Shown: positions 31,207 through 45,019, numbered from the stretch's first letter. The stretch: 64,000 nucleotides of DNA from Octopus sinensis (GCF_006345805.1 NC_043021.1:12338001-12402000), one strand, 5' to 3'. Made by a program: numbers and translations. The notes: generated from the sequence alone by a model not told the origin.

Positions 31207-31620
31207 GGCGCAGGAGTGGCTGTGTGGTAAGTAGCTTGCTAACCAACCACATGGTTGCGGGTTCAGTCCCACTGCGTGGCATCTTGGGCAAGTGTCTTCT
31301 GCTATAGCCTCGGGCTGACCAATGCCTTGTGAGTGGATTTGGTAGACGGAAACTGAAAGAAGCCTGTCGTATATATGTATATATATATGTGTGTGTGTGT
31401 GTTTGTGTGTCTGTGTTTGTCCCCCTAGCATTGCTTGACAACCGATGCTGGTGTGTTTACGTCCCTGTCACTTAGCGGTTCGGCAAAAGAGACCGATAGA
31501 ATAAGTACTGGGCTTACAAAGAATAAGTCCCGGGGTCGATTTGATCGACTAAAGGCGGTGCTCCAGCATGGCTGCAGTCAAATGACTGAAACAAGTAAAA
31601 GAGAAAAGAGAGAAAAGAGA
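31207..31620 (+). mobile_element. Best-preserved family-A SINE (CpGs retained)
   Basis: GGCGCAGGAGTGGCTGTGTGGTAAG...GGTTCAGTCCCACTGCG...GAAACAAGTAAAAGAG tail. Confidence 0.9.
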
Positions 31621-34600
31621 AAATATGTGATAAAATCTCTTTCAGTTACTTACCACACAATCACTCCTGTGCCTGTGAGTAGTATTCCAACACATCAATA
31701 AGAGCTGAGGTTATGAACTGGCAGATATCTTGTCTATGCTTGTAGAAGGCCTACCTGTCCTCATTATCCAAACTGAGGGTTGGGATGAGGTGTTACCATG
31801 GTTGGCTGATTGGCCCTGACCATTGTCACCTTAGTAGAATTTGAATTCAAAATACAAGAGAGCTGGAACTAAAAGCAAGCTTACCAACCACATGGTTCCA
31901 GGTTCAGTCCCACTGCATGGTATCTTGGGCAGGTGTCTTCTGCTATAGCCTTGGGCCGACCAAAGCCTTGTGAGTGGATTTGGTAGACAGAAACTGAACG
32001 AAGGCGACAAGCTGGCAGAAACGTTAGCACGCCGGGTGAAATGCTTAGCGATATTTCGTCTGCCGTTACGTTCTGAGTTCAAATTCCACCGAGGTCGACT
32101 TTGCCTTTCATCCTTTCGGGGTCGATAAATTAAGTACCAGTTGCGCACTGGGGTCGATGTAATTAACTTAATTCATTTGTCTGTCCTTGTTTGTCCCCTC
32201 CATGACTAGCCCCTTGTGGGTGATAAAGAAACATATATTAATATAATTACGCTATACGTCTTTATGTTCTGAGTTCAAATTCCACCAAGGTCAGCTTTGC
32301 TTTTCATCCTTTCCAAGGTTGTTAAAATAAGTACCAGTTAGGCAGTGTGATCAATGCAATCGACTTACTCTCTCCCCCAAAATTGCTGGCCTTGTGCTAA
32401 AATTCGAAACCAATATTCATACTGTACAGTATTATTATAGATTCGTTTCATCCAGTCTTACCAATTGGTTTCACATAAGAATTAAGTGCTCAGGTGATTA
32501 ACTAAAGCTGCACTCATTAAAGGGAGTTGTCACCATATTTTTTTATCTTTCTCACTCTGAAGAGCTTCTTTCAGTTTCCATCTCCCAAGTCCTCTCACAA
32601 GGCTTTTTTTGACCTGGAGCTATAGAAGACATTTGCCCAAGGTACCGTGCTGTGGGACCGAACCTGAAAACAGATGGTTGGGAATCAATGTTATTAACTA
32701 CACAGCCATGCCTGCACCTTCTGCCTGAAAATTATGTTAAAGGGTATATGTATCTGCGAAATGCTCAGCCAGGTACTTGTTAATTCAGGAGCAGGTAACT
32801 CAGTTGATCGAGCAACTGAATCCTCGTTGTCAACTGGTGGAGATCCATCGTCACCAAAGTTTACTTCCTTATTGTCAGTGGTTCGTCAAAACTTATTGAT
32901 GATGCAAAAATCATTAGCAACAGCCAGTGTTTGAACCCACAACCCTTAATAAGGAGGCTAAATCGACATCTCAGAATAATTTGTTATTCATTAATCAAGA
33001 AATAAGGAGAAACAGGTACAACAACAACAACATCAACAACAACAACAGATTAAAATGAAAACAAAGCAACAACTTGTAAATAAATTATCTACTTCAGATA
33101 ATGTTTTGAGTATAGATGTTTTTTTGTTTGTGTGTATGTTTTTAATTCTAAAAGATTAGGTTTATTAATGATATTTCAGAGATGTGATATATATTGCTAT
33201 TAGTATCATCATCATCACAAAACCACCACCACCACCTTCATCATTATCATAATCATTGCCATCTTTGGTTGTTTCTCCATTTCACATTTTATTAGTATGC
33301 TTGCTTCATTATTTTCCTGGTTCTGAACCTAACCAAGGCCGTTGAAGCGTATCCGATGAGGAAACACGAAACAGTAACATTTGGACCGTACCATTTGGTC
33401 TCTCCTTCCCTCCCCCTACCCCCCCACCGTCACCAAAGTGTAGTGATTTGTGTCTGAAAAAGACGAGCCCACTGATAGACAAGAGACATCCATTAACATT
33501 ATTTATGAAGGATACAAGATTGCTTTGCTAGTTAGCAGCACTCTGTGAAGTGTAAAGAAATTCTGATAACAACAGTTGGCAATGGGCAGAAACGGAACAG
33601 TGTTTTTACTAACCTTGAAAAAGCAAACTTAATACTTTACCTGTCTCTAATGAAAGATTGAGACTATCTGAAGCGAGCTCTATATGGATTTTATATTTGG
33701 ACAGTGAGCTTTTCCATTAATGATTAACCAAAATGTATTGCAAAACTCAGGTAAATGGAAAAATCATTTTTATATAATAATATAATATAATATAGCGCTA
33801 ATTTGTGATGGTTATGCTGCATTTAATTAAGTGTATACACTAACCCTTTAATTGCTATTTTGTTTCATTACTTATTTGATTCATTTGTCTGAATAAGCAT
33901 TATAATAATTATAATAACAATAATAATAATCCTATCTACTGGAGGCACAAGGCTTGACATTTGTGGGAAGAGGACTGGTCGATTACATCGACCCCCAGTG
34001 TTTCACTGGTACTTAATTTATCAACTCTGAAAGGATGAAAGGCAAAATTGACCTTGGCAGAATTTGAACTGAGAACGTAGCTAGGGGCAAAATACCACTA
34101 AGGATTTCGTCCAGCATGTTACCAATTCTACCAGTTCATTGCCTTAATAATTATAGTAATAATAATGATAATAGTTATTATTATTAGGGACAACAGGATA
34201 CTTAGGAAAGTTCTTGCCATCTAAGGTTGCTTGCTGTAGCCCAATTTTAGAAATTTTTCTTTTCCAACAGTTTAGTTTAATCTATTCTGTGTATATGAAT
34301 TTATAATAATAATAATAATAATAATCCTTTCTACTAAAGGCACAAGGCCTGAAATTTCCAGTGGGGGGGGGGGGGGTCCACAACTGGTACTTATTTTATT
34401 GACCCTGAAAGTATGAAAGACAAAGTTGACCTCAGTGGAATTTGAACTCAGAACGTAAAGACAGACGAAATACTGCTAAGCATTTCATGTTTCGTAATGA
34501 AATTATGCAAACATCACCCTAAAGGAAAACAAAATAATTATAATGTTAAATTAACTAATGACATATATTAAAAATGACCACAGATTTTCAGGTGTTGGAA

Positions 34601-37600
34601 GACATAGAAAATCTGGTGAAGTCCACAAATAATTTGAATTACAGCAAATTTCAGTTTATAATTGAAAAGATTTTGTGTTTTTCTAATGTGTAGATGTACT
34701 TTCTTGACATAAACTGAGATTAACAAGTCTACAGACAAGATATTTCTCTAAGGCTCTGCTATTTTGTGGTGCACCTGAGCACTGTATACAATAATTTCAT
34801 TATTATATTATTTAAACATCCTGTTTGATATACATAAAATATATTACTTTGGTAGGGAATGCGTGTTTCCTCTTCTCTCCTTTTTCTCTCACTCTTTCAA
34901 TATTTCTTCCTAATTCTTGGTATAAGGGGGCGGGGTTCTCTTTGTTGGGGGTAGACAAGTTTTTAACATGATATACAGGTGTTGCTGTGTGGTAAGAAGT
35001 TTGCTTCACAATCACATGGTTCTGAGTTCAGTCCCACTGCATGGCACCTTGGGCAAGTGTCTTCTACTATAGCTTTAGGCTGACCAAAGCCTTGTGAGTG
35101 GATTTGGCCAATGGAAACTGAAAGAAACCCATCATGTGTGTGTGTTTGTGTTTGTCCCCCGCCACTCTTTGACAATTAGTGCTAGTGTGTTTACTCCCTG
35201 TGACTTAGAGGTTTGGTAAAAGAGAGACTGATAGAATAAGCACCGGGCTTAGAAAAAAAAAGTGGGGGCTGAGGTCAATTTGTTCAACTAAAATTTTTCA
35301 GGGCAGTGCCCCAGCATTGCCTGTGTCTGATGACTGAAACAAATACAAAACAAAAGACATAATACATATAAAGCCCTTCAATCTGTTCTTCCTGTTATTT
35401 ACGTTCATTTGCATATACCACAAGCAGAACTAATCTTCAGTTCTGCCTCTTATGTTTCATAAGAGCAGCAAGGGGAAACGAACAAACCGATCAGGTATCT
35501 AATTGCATTAGTTATCAAAAGGAAGCCTTTGATCACTTTGATATCATCAACACACCTGTCTGAAACAGTCACCGATTCTAATGATAATCATGATGTTAAT
35601 AATGGTTTCTAATTGTGGCATAAGGCCAGCAAATTTTCGGAGAGGGAGTAAGTAGATTACATTGACCCCCACCATTGTTCAACAGGTACTTATTTTATCA
35701 ACTCCAAAAGGGCGAAAGGCAAAAGCTGGCCTGAATGGAATTTGAACTTGGAACATAAATAATCAGACAAAATGTACTAAAAATTCTGCCAGTTCACCAT
35801 CTTAATAATAATAATCCTTCCTACTATAGGCACAAGGCCTGAAATTTTGGGGGAGAGGGCCAGTCGATTAGATCGACCCCAGTATGCAACTGGTGCTTAA
35901 TTTATTGACCTCAAAAGGATGAAAGGCAAAGTCGACCTTGGTGGAATTTGAACTCTGATTGTTGTGACGTGTGAAAAACTGCTAAGCATTTTGTCCAGTG
36001 TGCTAACAACTTTGCTAGTTCACTGCCTGATAATAATAATAATAATGATAATGACGACGACAATGACGACAACGACGACAATAATAATAATCCCTTCAAC
36101 TGCAAGCACAAGGCTTAAAATTTTGGAGGAGGGGGCTAGTCAATTACATCAGCCACAGTGTTTCACTGGTACTTAATTTATTGACTCGGAAAGGATGAAA
36201 GGCAATGTCGACCTTGGTGGAATTTGAACTCAGAACGTAAAGACCAATGAAATGCCTCTAAGCATGGTGCCCATCGTGCTAACGATTCTGCAAGCTTGCT
36301 GCCTTAGATAATAATAATAAGAAGAACAACAACAACAACAATAATAGTAATAATCTTTTCTGCTATAGGCACAAGGCCTGAAATTTGGTGGGAGGGCCCA
36401 GTCGATTAGATCAACCCCTGTACACAACTGGTACTTAATTTATCGACTCTGAAAGGATGAAAAGCAAAGTCGACCTTGGCTGAACTTGAACTCAGAAGGT
36501 AAACACAGACGAAATACCTATTTCTTTACTACCCACAAGGGACTAAATACAGAGAGGACAAACAAGGACAGACAAATGGATTAAGTTGATTACATCGACC
36601 CCAGTGCGTAACTGGTACTTAATTTATTGACCCCAAAAAGATGAAAAGCAAAGTCGACCTCGGTGGAATTTGAACTCAGAACATAACGGCAGACGAAATA
36701 CCTATTTCTTTACTACCTACAAGGGGCTAAACACAGAGGGGACGAACAAGGACAGACACATGGATTAAGTCGATTATATCAACCCCAGTGCATAACTGAT
36801 ACTTATTTAATTGACCCAGAAAGGATGAAAGGCAAAGTCGACCTCAGCGGAATTTGAACTCAGAATGTAACGGCAGACGAAATACCGCTAAGCATTTCGC
36901 CCGGCATGCTAACAATTCTGCCACCTTCGCCGCCTTAACAATAATAGTAATAATGGCGGTAGTAGTAGTAGCAGTAGTGAGCTTATTGCTTGCAGTGCTC
37001 AGGTGCACTACAACTTATCAGAAAAGAGTAAAAAAAGGGCACAGAAAGAAGTCAAGAAGTCCAGTAAATGAAACAACACCTGCATACACCATACAAAACT
37101 GCCTGTTTTAAAATATTCATGTTTGAATTAAAATTTCCTGTTACAATTTTATGTAAAATCTTTTTCTTATGTTGCAAACATCAGTTTAATCATGAAAACC
37201 TTTGGGTTTTTTTTTTTTTAATATATCCCTTCAAATTCTTGGTTATTTTCAAAATTAATTGGAACTCATAAGTGAAGTATTTTGTTTGCAATGTGGTTGT
37301 GTATTTTACTCAAGATATTTCTTATGTTAGTCTAGCACGTTAATTAACAGGTCGCCATTGGTTTCAGCAATGAGTATTAAGTTGTTCAATCAACTGAGTC
37401 ACCTACTCATTGAATGAACATGTAACTGGATGAGTATTCCATAGACACATGTACTCTTAATATAACTCACAGACCAAGTCAGATTAGACCTTTGAATTAC
37501 AAAGCTCCTACTTGACTGACAGGTTCTCACAGTTTTCATCTATTTGATTTCATTAGCAAGGTTGACCCAAGTTTAAGGTAAAAACACACCTGTTCAAGAT

Positions 37601-38461
37601 GCCATGCAGTGGGATTGAACCCAAGACTTTGTGATCGCCAAGCAAACTTCTTAATCATTTACCCATGCTGCTAATCTTCTAACTAGGCTTAATAGATTAG
37701 TGTTAAAATAATGGTTTCAAATTTTGGCACAGGGCCAGCAATTTTTGAGGGGACGGGGAAGTCAACTACATTGACCCCAGCACTTGACTGGTTCTTATCT
37801 TATTGACCCTGAAAAGATGAAAGGCAACATCAACCTCAATGGAATTTGAACTCAGAACACAAAGATAGATGAAGTGTTGCTAAGCATTTTATCCAGCATG
37901 CTCACTACATTTCATCTTAAATAACCAATCAGCATTATCATCATTATCATCATCACTCTTATCATTCAATATCCATTTTCCATGCTAGCATGGGTCGGAC
38001 AGTGTGACAGAGCTGACCAGCTGAAGGGGCTGTTCAAGTTCCATGTCTGTTTTAGCATGGTTTCCATGGCTGGATGCCCTTTCTAACACCAACCACTTTA
38101 CAGAGTCTACCTGGTGCTTTTATGCAGCACCAGTACGGGTGCCTTTTACGTGGCACCAGCACCTATGAGCCTGCAAGATTAGGGATGCTCGGCTGGAGGG
38201 GGTTGCAAGGGACGAGCCTGTATACACAGGCAGCCACGCTTTTACTTATCTTCACGTGTCTTTTCAAGCACAGCAAACCCCCCAGGAGTCTCGCTCCCCT
38301 ATCATCCCATCTGTGAGTCCCAACGTTTGTGCAAGTTAAATTAGGAAGGGCATCCAGCCGTAGAAACATTGCCAGATCAGACTGGGCCTGGTGCAGCCTT
38401 TTGGCTTCCCAGACCCCAGTTGCACCGTCCAACCCATGCCAGCATGGAAAGCGGATGCTAA

Positions 38462-38494
<33 letters not shown>

Positions 38495-39670
38495 ACATTC
38501 TCTGAATGAAAATTTTGACACGATATAATGTCAGTGAAGTTAATAGGTTCTGCGTGTTTTTTGGTTGGCTAATACGTGTGCTCTCTGCTGTAATTGCTTT
38601 AGTTTCAAAACAGTCTCAGATCAAATCACTCACAAAACAAGTACACCTTTGAAATTACATTCTCTGTTAATCCAATATTCCAAGCTGGTTTTCATTAGTT
38701 TCCTTTTGATGTAATCTGTTCAAATCATGATGGATTCTTTTGATGTTGCTTTCATGTCAAGCTGACTCCCATAATTTTATCAAAGTTCAACTCAGGTCTC
38801 TGTAAGAGATATCTGTTAAGTCACCTGTGTTAAATTCCATCATCCAGTTTAATGTTACCACCTGTCTCTATTGTAAATATTCAGGCCAAACTCTCCAACC
38901 CAAGGATAACTGACTTCATCCCACCAGTCCGAGAGACTTTTGAAGTGGTCATGGGCACTGCTATTATACCCTTTTATTGCCAAATTTCACTTGAAACTCA
39001 GCCTTTGCTTAATGAAGAATTTAGTGAAATAATATTGCCATTATTAAGCAAATGTTTGGAACAATTAACATGAAATTTTGATGGAAGGGCTTAATTTAAA
39101 TCACTTTAATACAGGAAGATTGTATCATAGAACCAGGGCCAGTCTCAGGTGGGTTGGTATCATGAGGGTTAAGCCATAAATTGTAATTTTTAAAAATTAT
39201 CAAATGCCATAAGGTCTGTTGTTCCCTTTTGATTTTTTGGGGTTTTTTTTTTTTTTGCTGAGAAAGTGAAATTTTTATTTAGCAACATATGTTTACAAGA
39301 AGAAAAGAAAGAAAACTGTAGAAAGTATAAAAGATTATATTATCAAGACACACCCTCCCCAAATTACTTCAGCAAGGAAACAAAGAAAAAAGCAGAGAGA
39401 AATTAAGCGCTGAAAGATGGGAGGAGAGGGAATAACAGGTTGTACACTCAACTCCAAAATGGTGTGTTCAGTGTATTTCTTATCTAAGCACAAGGCCCAT
39501 AATACTGGTTTCAAACTTTGACACAAGGCCAGCAATTTGGGGGAAGTGGGTAAGTCGATTAAATCGATCCCAGTATTCAACTGGTACTTATTTTATCAAC
39601 CCTGAAAGGATGAAAGGCAAAGTCAAACATGGCAGAATTTGAACTTAGAATGTAAAGATAGATGAAACGC

Positions 39671-39898
39671 TACATTATTTACATTATTTACATTCGACAG
39701 ACATTTGTCCTCATCTTGCTTGTTGTTAACACAATGTTTCGGTTGATATACCCTCCAGCCTTCTTCAGGGGTCTTGGGGAAATTTAAAACCTCGGTTCTC
39801 ATTCCTAAGGTATTTTTCAATATTATTATTATTATTATTGTTGTTGTTATTGTTCAGGTCACTGCTTGGAATCGAACTCGGAGTCTTGGGGTTAGTAG
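39671..39898 (-). mobile_element. 5'-truncated inverted copy of HHR-bearing SINE (family F)
   Basis: Reverse complement of 39937-40135; tail (TGTAAATAA)n. Confidence 0.85.
39728..39773 (-). ncRNA. Minimal type I hammerhead motif, copy 1
   Basis: Minus strand reads GACCC-CTGAAGA-A-GGCTG-GAGGGTATAT-CAACC-GAAAC-ATT-GTGTT. Confidence 0.7.
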
Positions 39899-39904
39899 AG
39901 GCCG

Positions 39905-40135
39905 TGGGCCCATGGCATAGTGTTTAAGAGTGCAGGCTACTAACCCCAAGATTCCGAGTTCGATTCCAAGCAGTGACCTGAACAATAATAATAATAATAA
40001 TAATAATATAATGATAATAATAACATCAAAAAATACCTTAGGAATGAGAACCCAGGTTCGAAATTTCCCCAAGACACCTGATGAAGGCTGGAGGGTATAT
40101 CAGCCAAAACGTTAACACAAATAATGTACATAATT
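39905..40135 (+). mobile_element. tRNA-headed SINE (family F) carrying a hammerhead motif
   Basis: A-box TGGCATAGTGTT, anticodon-like loop CTACTAA, B-box GAGTTCGATTCC, (AAT)n spacer, then HHR. Confidence 0.8.
40073..40113 (+). ncRNA. Minimal type I hammerhead motif, copy 2
   Basis: GACAC-CTGATGA-A-GGCTG-GAGGGTATAT-CAGCC-AAAAC-GTT; G>A change in GAAAC and loss of the following GTGTT. Confidence 0.7.
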
Positions 40136-40632
40136 CTCAGTTTTTCCATGATGTTGCTTTACAAGTGGCTGTGTGGTTAAGAAGCTTGCTTTGCAATGAT
40201 ATGGTTTTGGATTCAATCCCATTCTGTGGCACCTTGGGTAAATGTCTTAAAATAAATCCCTGGGCTAACCATTATATTTTGAGTGAATTTCGTAGACAGA
40301 AACTTGTGCAAAGGCTCATCACTCAACGCACACATACACACAGAGGCTGTACCTTTTGTTTTAGACCATTCCAGCATCTAATTTACTCGACACACTCACA
40401 CATGCACACAGGTCATACCGTTTGTTCTCAACTGCTCTGATGTCCAATGCACTTGACAACCAGCATTGTTTTGTTTACATCCCACCCATAATGTAGCAGT
40501 TCACCAAAAGTGATCGACAGAACACGTACTAGACTTTAAAAACAAAAAGCAAAAAAGATAAATACTGGGGTGGATCTGTTCAACTAAACCCTTCAAGGTA
40601 ATGCCGCAGCATGACCACTAACCAATGACAAA

Positions 40633-41015
40633 TGGAAGCACTCTGTCGGTTACGACAACGAGGGTTCCGGTTGATCCGATCAACGGAACAGACTGCTCGT
40701 GAAATTAACATGTAAGTGGCTGAGCACTCCACAGACACGTGTACCCTTAACGTAGTTCTCGGGGATATTCAGCATGACACAGAGAGTGACAAGGCCGGCC
40801 CTTTGAAATACAGGTACAACAGAAACAGGAAGTAAGAGTGAGAGAAAGTTGTGGTGAAAGAGTACAGCAGGGATCACCACCATCCCCTGCCGGAGCCTCG
40901 TGGAGCTTTTAGGTGTTTTCGCTCAATAAACACTCACAACGCCCGGTCTGGGAATCGAAACCGCGATCCTATGATTGCGAGTCCGCTGCCCTAACCACTG
41001 GGCCATTGCGACTCC
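40633..41015 (-). mobile_element. Young tRNA-derived SINE (family E) with 13-bp TSD, inserted in the tail of a family-A SINE
   Basis: Minus-strand head GGAGTCGCAATGGCCCAGTGGTTAGGGC...GGTTTCGATTCCC; TSD AACCAATGACAAA at 40620-40632 and 41016-41028. Confidence 0.9.
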
Positions 41016-41380
41016 AACCAATGACAAAAACCAGTAAAAGACAAAAGACAAAGGAATTATTTCTGTGCTTCTTCATGGATGCTGGCAGTGTGACAAGAAC
41101 ACCAACCGTGTCATACTTATTCTATTCAGTTTTATTCTGTGTCACTCCATTTTCAATCTTCTCCTTCCAGTAAGTCTGTTTCGCTGCACTAAGAAGAACC
41201 ATTTATCGCAGATAATTCTTTGAAAAGATTTTCAGTTTCTTTTTAGATGTCTGAAAATGTTTCTCAAAATAGACAGCATTTTCTTTTCTGTTGAGGAATC
41301 CAGTGAATAATAATAATAATAATAATAATAATGACATTAGTAGTATCAATAACAATAAAAATAAAAATGATGACAACGAC

Positions 41381-41411
<31 letters not shown>

Positions 41412-41489
41412 GTAATGATTTTCATATTGTTGATTTGATTTCGTAAAAGCTGAAAATATGGTTATCAGCAATATGTTAAAGGAATGATA

Positions 41490-41505
41490 AGTCGCGTGCA
41501 CGAGT

Positions 41506-41545
<40 letters not shown>

Positions 41546-42345
41546 GCTTGCATACGAGTTTATGTGCATGAATGCATGCATGCTTTATCAGCAATACTTT
41601 AAATAAATGCATGTAGGTGTGTGTTTGTTTGTTTGTGTGTTTGTGTGTGTGTCTGTACAGGCTGGCAAATGTGTGTGTTTGTTTTGACATGCATGTATGT
41701 TTGTGTATGTGTGTCTCAGCAGACTTGTGTGTGTGTTTGTGCAGACTTCCATATGTGCGTGTATGTGTGTGTGTGTGTGTGTGCAGGCTTGCGTATGTCT
41801 GTGGGTATATGCTTTATATACAATATATTAATTAAATTAATGTGTGTGTGTGTATGTGTGCGTGTATGCAAACATGCATGTATTTGTGTGTGTATACAGG
41901 CTTGCATATGTGCATGATATGTTTATGTATGTGTCTATGTAGACTTGCATGTGTGTATATGCAAGTAGACTTGCATATTTGCTTGTGTGCAAACTTGTGT
42001 ATGTCTCAGTAGAATGTAAAATAACGACTGTGTATGCATATGGTTATGTGCAAGCTTGTGTGTGTGTGTGCATGTGACTGTGCATACATGTGTGTATGAG
42101 TGTGTCTGTTTCCATGTGGCTGCACATACGTGTGTGTGTGTATATGACTTTGTGTATATATGTGTATGCATGTGACTGTACATGCGTGTATATGTATGTG
42201 CATGTGTGTATGTGTAAGCATGTACATGTGTGCACATGCATGTGTGTATGTATATGTGTGTGCATGTGTATGTATATGTGTGTGTATGTGTATGTATATG
42301 TGTGTGCATGTGTATGTATATGTGTGTGCATGTGTATGTGGGTGT
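41490..42345. repeat. Degenerate (TG)n/(TGTA)n/(TGCA)n microsatellite field
   Basis: Seen directly; similar fields at ~50440-50800 and ~58075-58215. Confidence 0.9.
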
Positions 42346-42664
42346 TTGTACAGAGGAGAATGAAAAGGCAGAAGTAATACACCTTAATATTTCCTGTTGT
42401 GAAATGTCCTCTTTAGGCATATTTACACCATGGACATGATGTAACGTGATGTGGTGGTGTGCATGAGGGATCTGGTGCTGTGTATTTGACATGCGTTGGA
42501 GGTGGGGGATATCAGTGCATGTTCTTTTATTTGTTATGATAATTTCAATTTATTTATTTATTTATGCTCTTTAAAGTTACCATAGAAACTGATATTTACC
42601 ACTGGCTATGGTTGCGTGATGGATCTTACTTGCTACATGTAGAATAACTTCATTAATAATAATG

Positions 42665-42705
<41 letters not shown>

Positions 42706-43356
42706 AATGATGATGGTGATGATGATTTCAAATTTTGCCACAAGGCCATCAATTTCTGGAGGGGCTATAATTTGATTAAATCGACCCTAGTGATCAACTG
42801 GTACTTATTTCATCAACCTCAAGAGGATGAATGGTAAACTCGACCTCAACGGAATTTGAACTCAGAACGTGAAGATTGACAAAATTCCATTAAGCATTTT
42901 GCCTGGTGTGCTAACGATTCTGCCAGCTCACCACTTTAAAATAATAATAATAATCTTTTCTACTAAAGGTACAAGGCCTGAAATTATGGGCAGGAGGGGA
43001 CTAGTCAATTTCATCAACCCCAGTGTTCAACAGGTACTTATTTTGTCAACCCCGGAAAGGAAGAAAGACAAAGTTGACCTTGGTGGAATTTGAACTCAGA
43101 ATGTGAATACTTATGAAATGCTGCTAAGCATTTTGTCCAATGTGCTAACAGTTCTGCCAGTTTACCACCTCAATAATAATAATAATAATAAATTATAATA
43201 ATGATTTCATTTATTTGCTTCCTGGGTGAAGACTGGGGGGGGGGCACAATACAAAGACAAACATAATGTGTGGGGGGGGGGTTACATATAATGAAATGAC
43301 AGAGACAAAAAAAAGAAAAAAGAAAAGTATACTCAGTATACAATGGAAAGGAAAGG

Positions 43357-43389
<33 letters not shown>

Positions 43390-44059
43390 ATATGGGCCTG
43401 ATGAAGCCTTCTGGCTTCACAGACCCCAGTAGAACCGTCCAACCCATGCTAGCATGGAAAACGGATGCTAAACGATGATGATGATGATGATGATATACAT
43501 AGTATAGAAAGGTTAAAAAAAAGTGGGCGGTAAAGATGATAGAAATTTAGCCCTCCCGATACAGGATCATCTCTTAATAATAATGATAATTATGATTATA
43601 ATAATGGTTTCAAATTTTGGCACAAGGCCAGCAATTTTGAGGAGGATGTAAGCTGATTACATCAATTCCAGTGTTTAAATTTATTTAAAATTTTCTGATT
43701 TTTATTTGTTTTTATTTTGCATAAAAAAAAGGGATATTCTATGATTATAATTGTTGATAATTCCAGCACAAGGCTAGCAATTTTGCGTGGGAAAAGGGTT
43801 AGTGGATTATATTGACCCTTGTATTTGACTGGAAAAAAAAAAGGATGAAAGGCATAGTTTACTTTGGTGAGATTTGAACTCAGATTGTCAGGAGTGGGAA
43901 CAAATACCACAAAGCATTTTGTCTGATACTCTTATGATTCTGCCAATCCACAGCCCTACATGCTTGTGTCTCGAAGAAACGTTCTGAACGCAAAAGGAAG
44001 GATCAGTGTTGGTTTCTTTGGTCCTGTTTCTCTGGATTATATGATTTATTCTAACTCTG

Positions 44060-44281
44060 TTACTTGTTTCAGTCATTTGACTGTGCCCATGCTGGAGCAC
44101 CGCCATTAGTCGAGCACATCGACCCCAGGACTTATTCTTTGTAAACCTAGTACTTATATTCTATCGGTCTTTTTTGCCGAACCGCTAAGTTACAGGGATG
44201 TAAACACACCAGCATCAGTTGTCAAGCACTGTTAGGGGAACAAACACAGTCACACAAACATATACACATACACATAAATAC

Positions 44282-44347
<66 letters not shown>

Positions 44348-44514
44348 CATGTGACAGGCTTGTTTCAGTTCCCGTCTACGAAATCCACTCACAAGGATTT
44401 GGTTGGCCCGAAGCTATAGTAGAAGACACTTGCCCAAGGTGCCACTCAGTGGGACTGAACCCAGAACCATGTAGTTCATAAGCAAGCTACTTACCACACA
44501 GCCACTCCTACGCC
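44060..44514 (-). mobile_element. Full-length family-A SINE with expanded (TA)n
   Basis: Reverse complement of the 31207 element. Confidence 0.85.
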
Positions 44515-45019
44515 TATTTAAGTAAAATTAACGAAAGAGATTCTGCCAGACTGACCAGATTCTTCATCTAGCTAGCCAACACCACTCAAAAACAACTGTG
44601 ACTTAGGTGCCACATGTTGGCTAGTATAAAAGGGCCAAACCAAAGATCCTTTAGCTGCAGACATTCCAAGAAGTCCAGAAGAAGTCCAATATTACATGGA
44701 ATGGATATTCAAGATTAGCAGCCAACTGAACTCGGTGGAGGAAGTTTGCCATTCATTGCGCAAAGCAGTGCAAGAAGACCTGAAGCTAAAATAGAAAAAG
44801 ATTTGGTAAATATATTATGCTAAGTTAAGAAACATCTAGAATAAGTGCCAATATTTAGAAGTTCTTGCTATGTTGGTGATGAAATCTGCAGAATCGGTTG
44901 AGTGTTGGTAAAAATACTATGCACTATTTAGGGATGGTACCTTTGTTTTCAGTTCAAATCCTGGCAAGATCAAATTTTGTGTTCATCCTTCCATTGTTGA
45001 TAAAGTAAAGTACCAGTTA

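Noticed and set aside
35325-35342. CTGATGA-CT-GAAAC as a hammerhead
   Set aside because: No stem II; it is a mutated family-A SINE tail (AATGACTGAAAC).
38521-39075. Unique-looking segment as exon or LINE relic (also ~25350-25580 and ~55800-55990)
   Set aside because: No recognisable motif in six frames; multiple stops.
42383-42492. Possible first exon MSNTQHQIPHAHHHITLHHVHGVNMPKEDISQQEILR (minus)
   Set aside because: Weak donor (GTGTAT), runs into microsatellite, no supporting homology.
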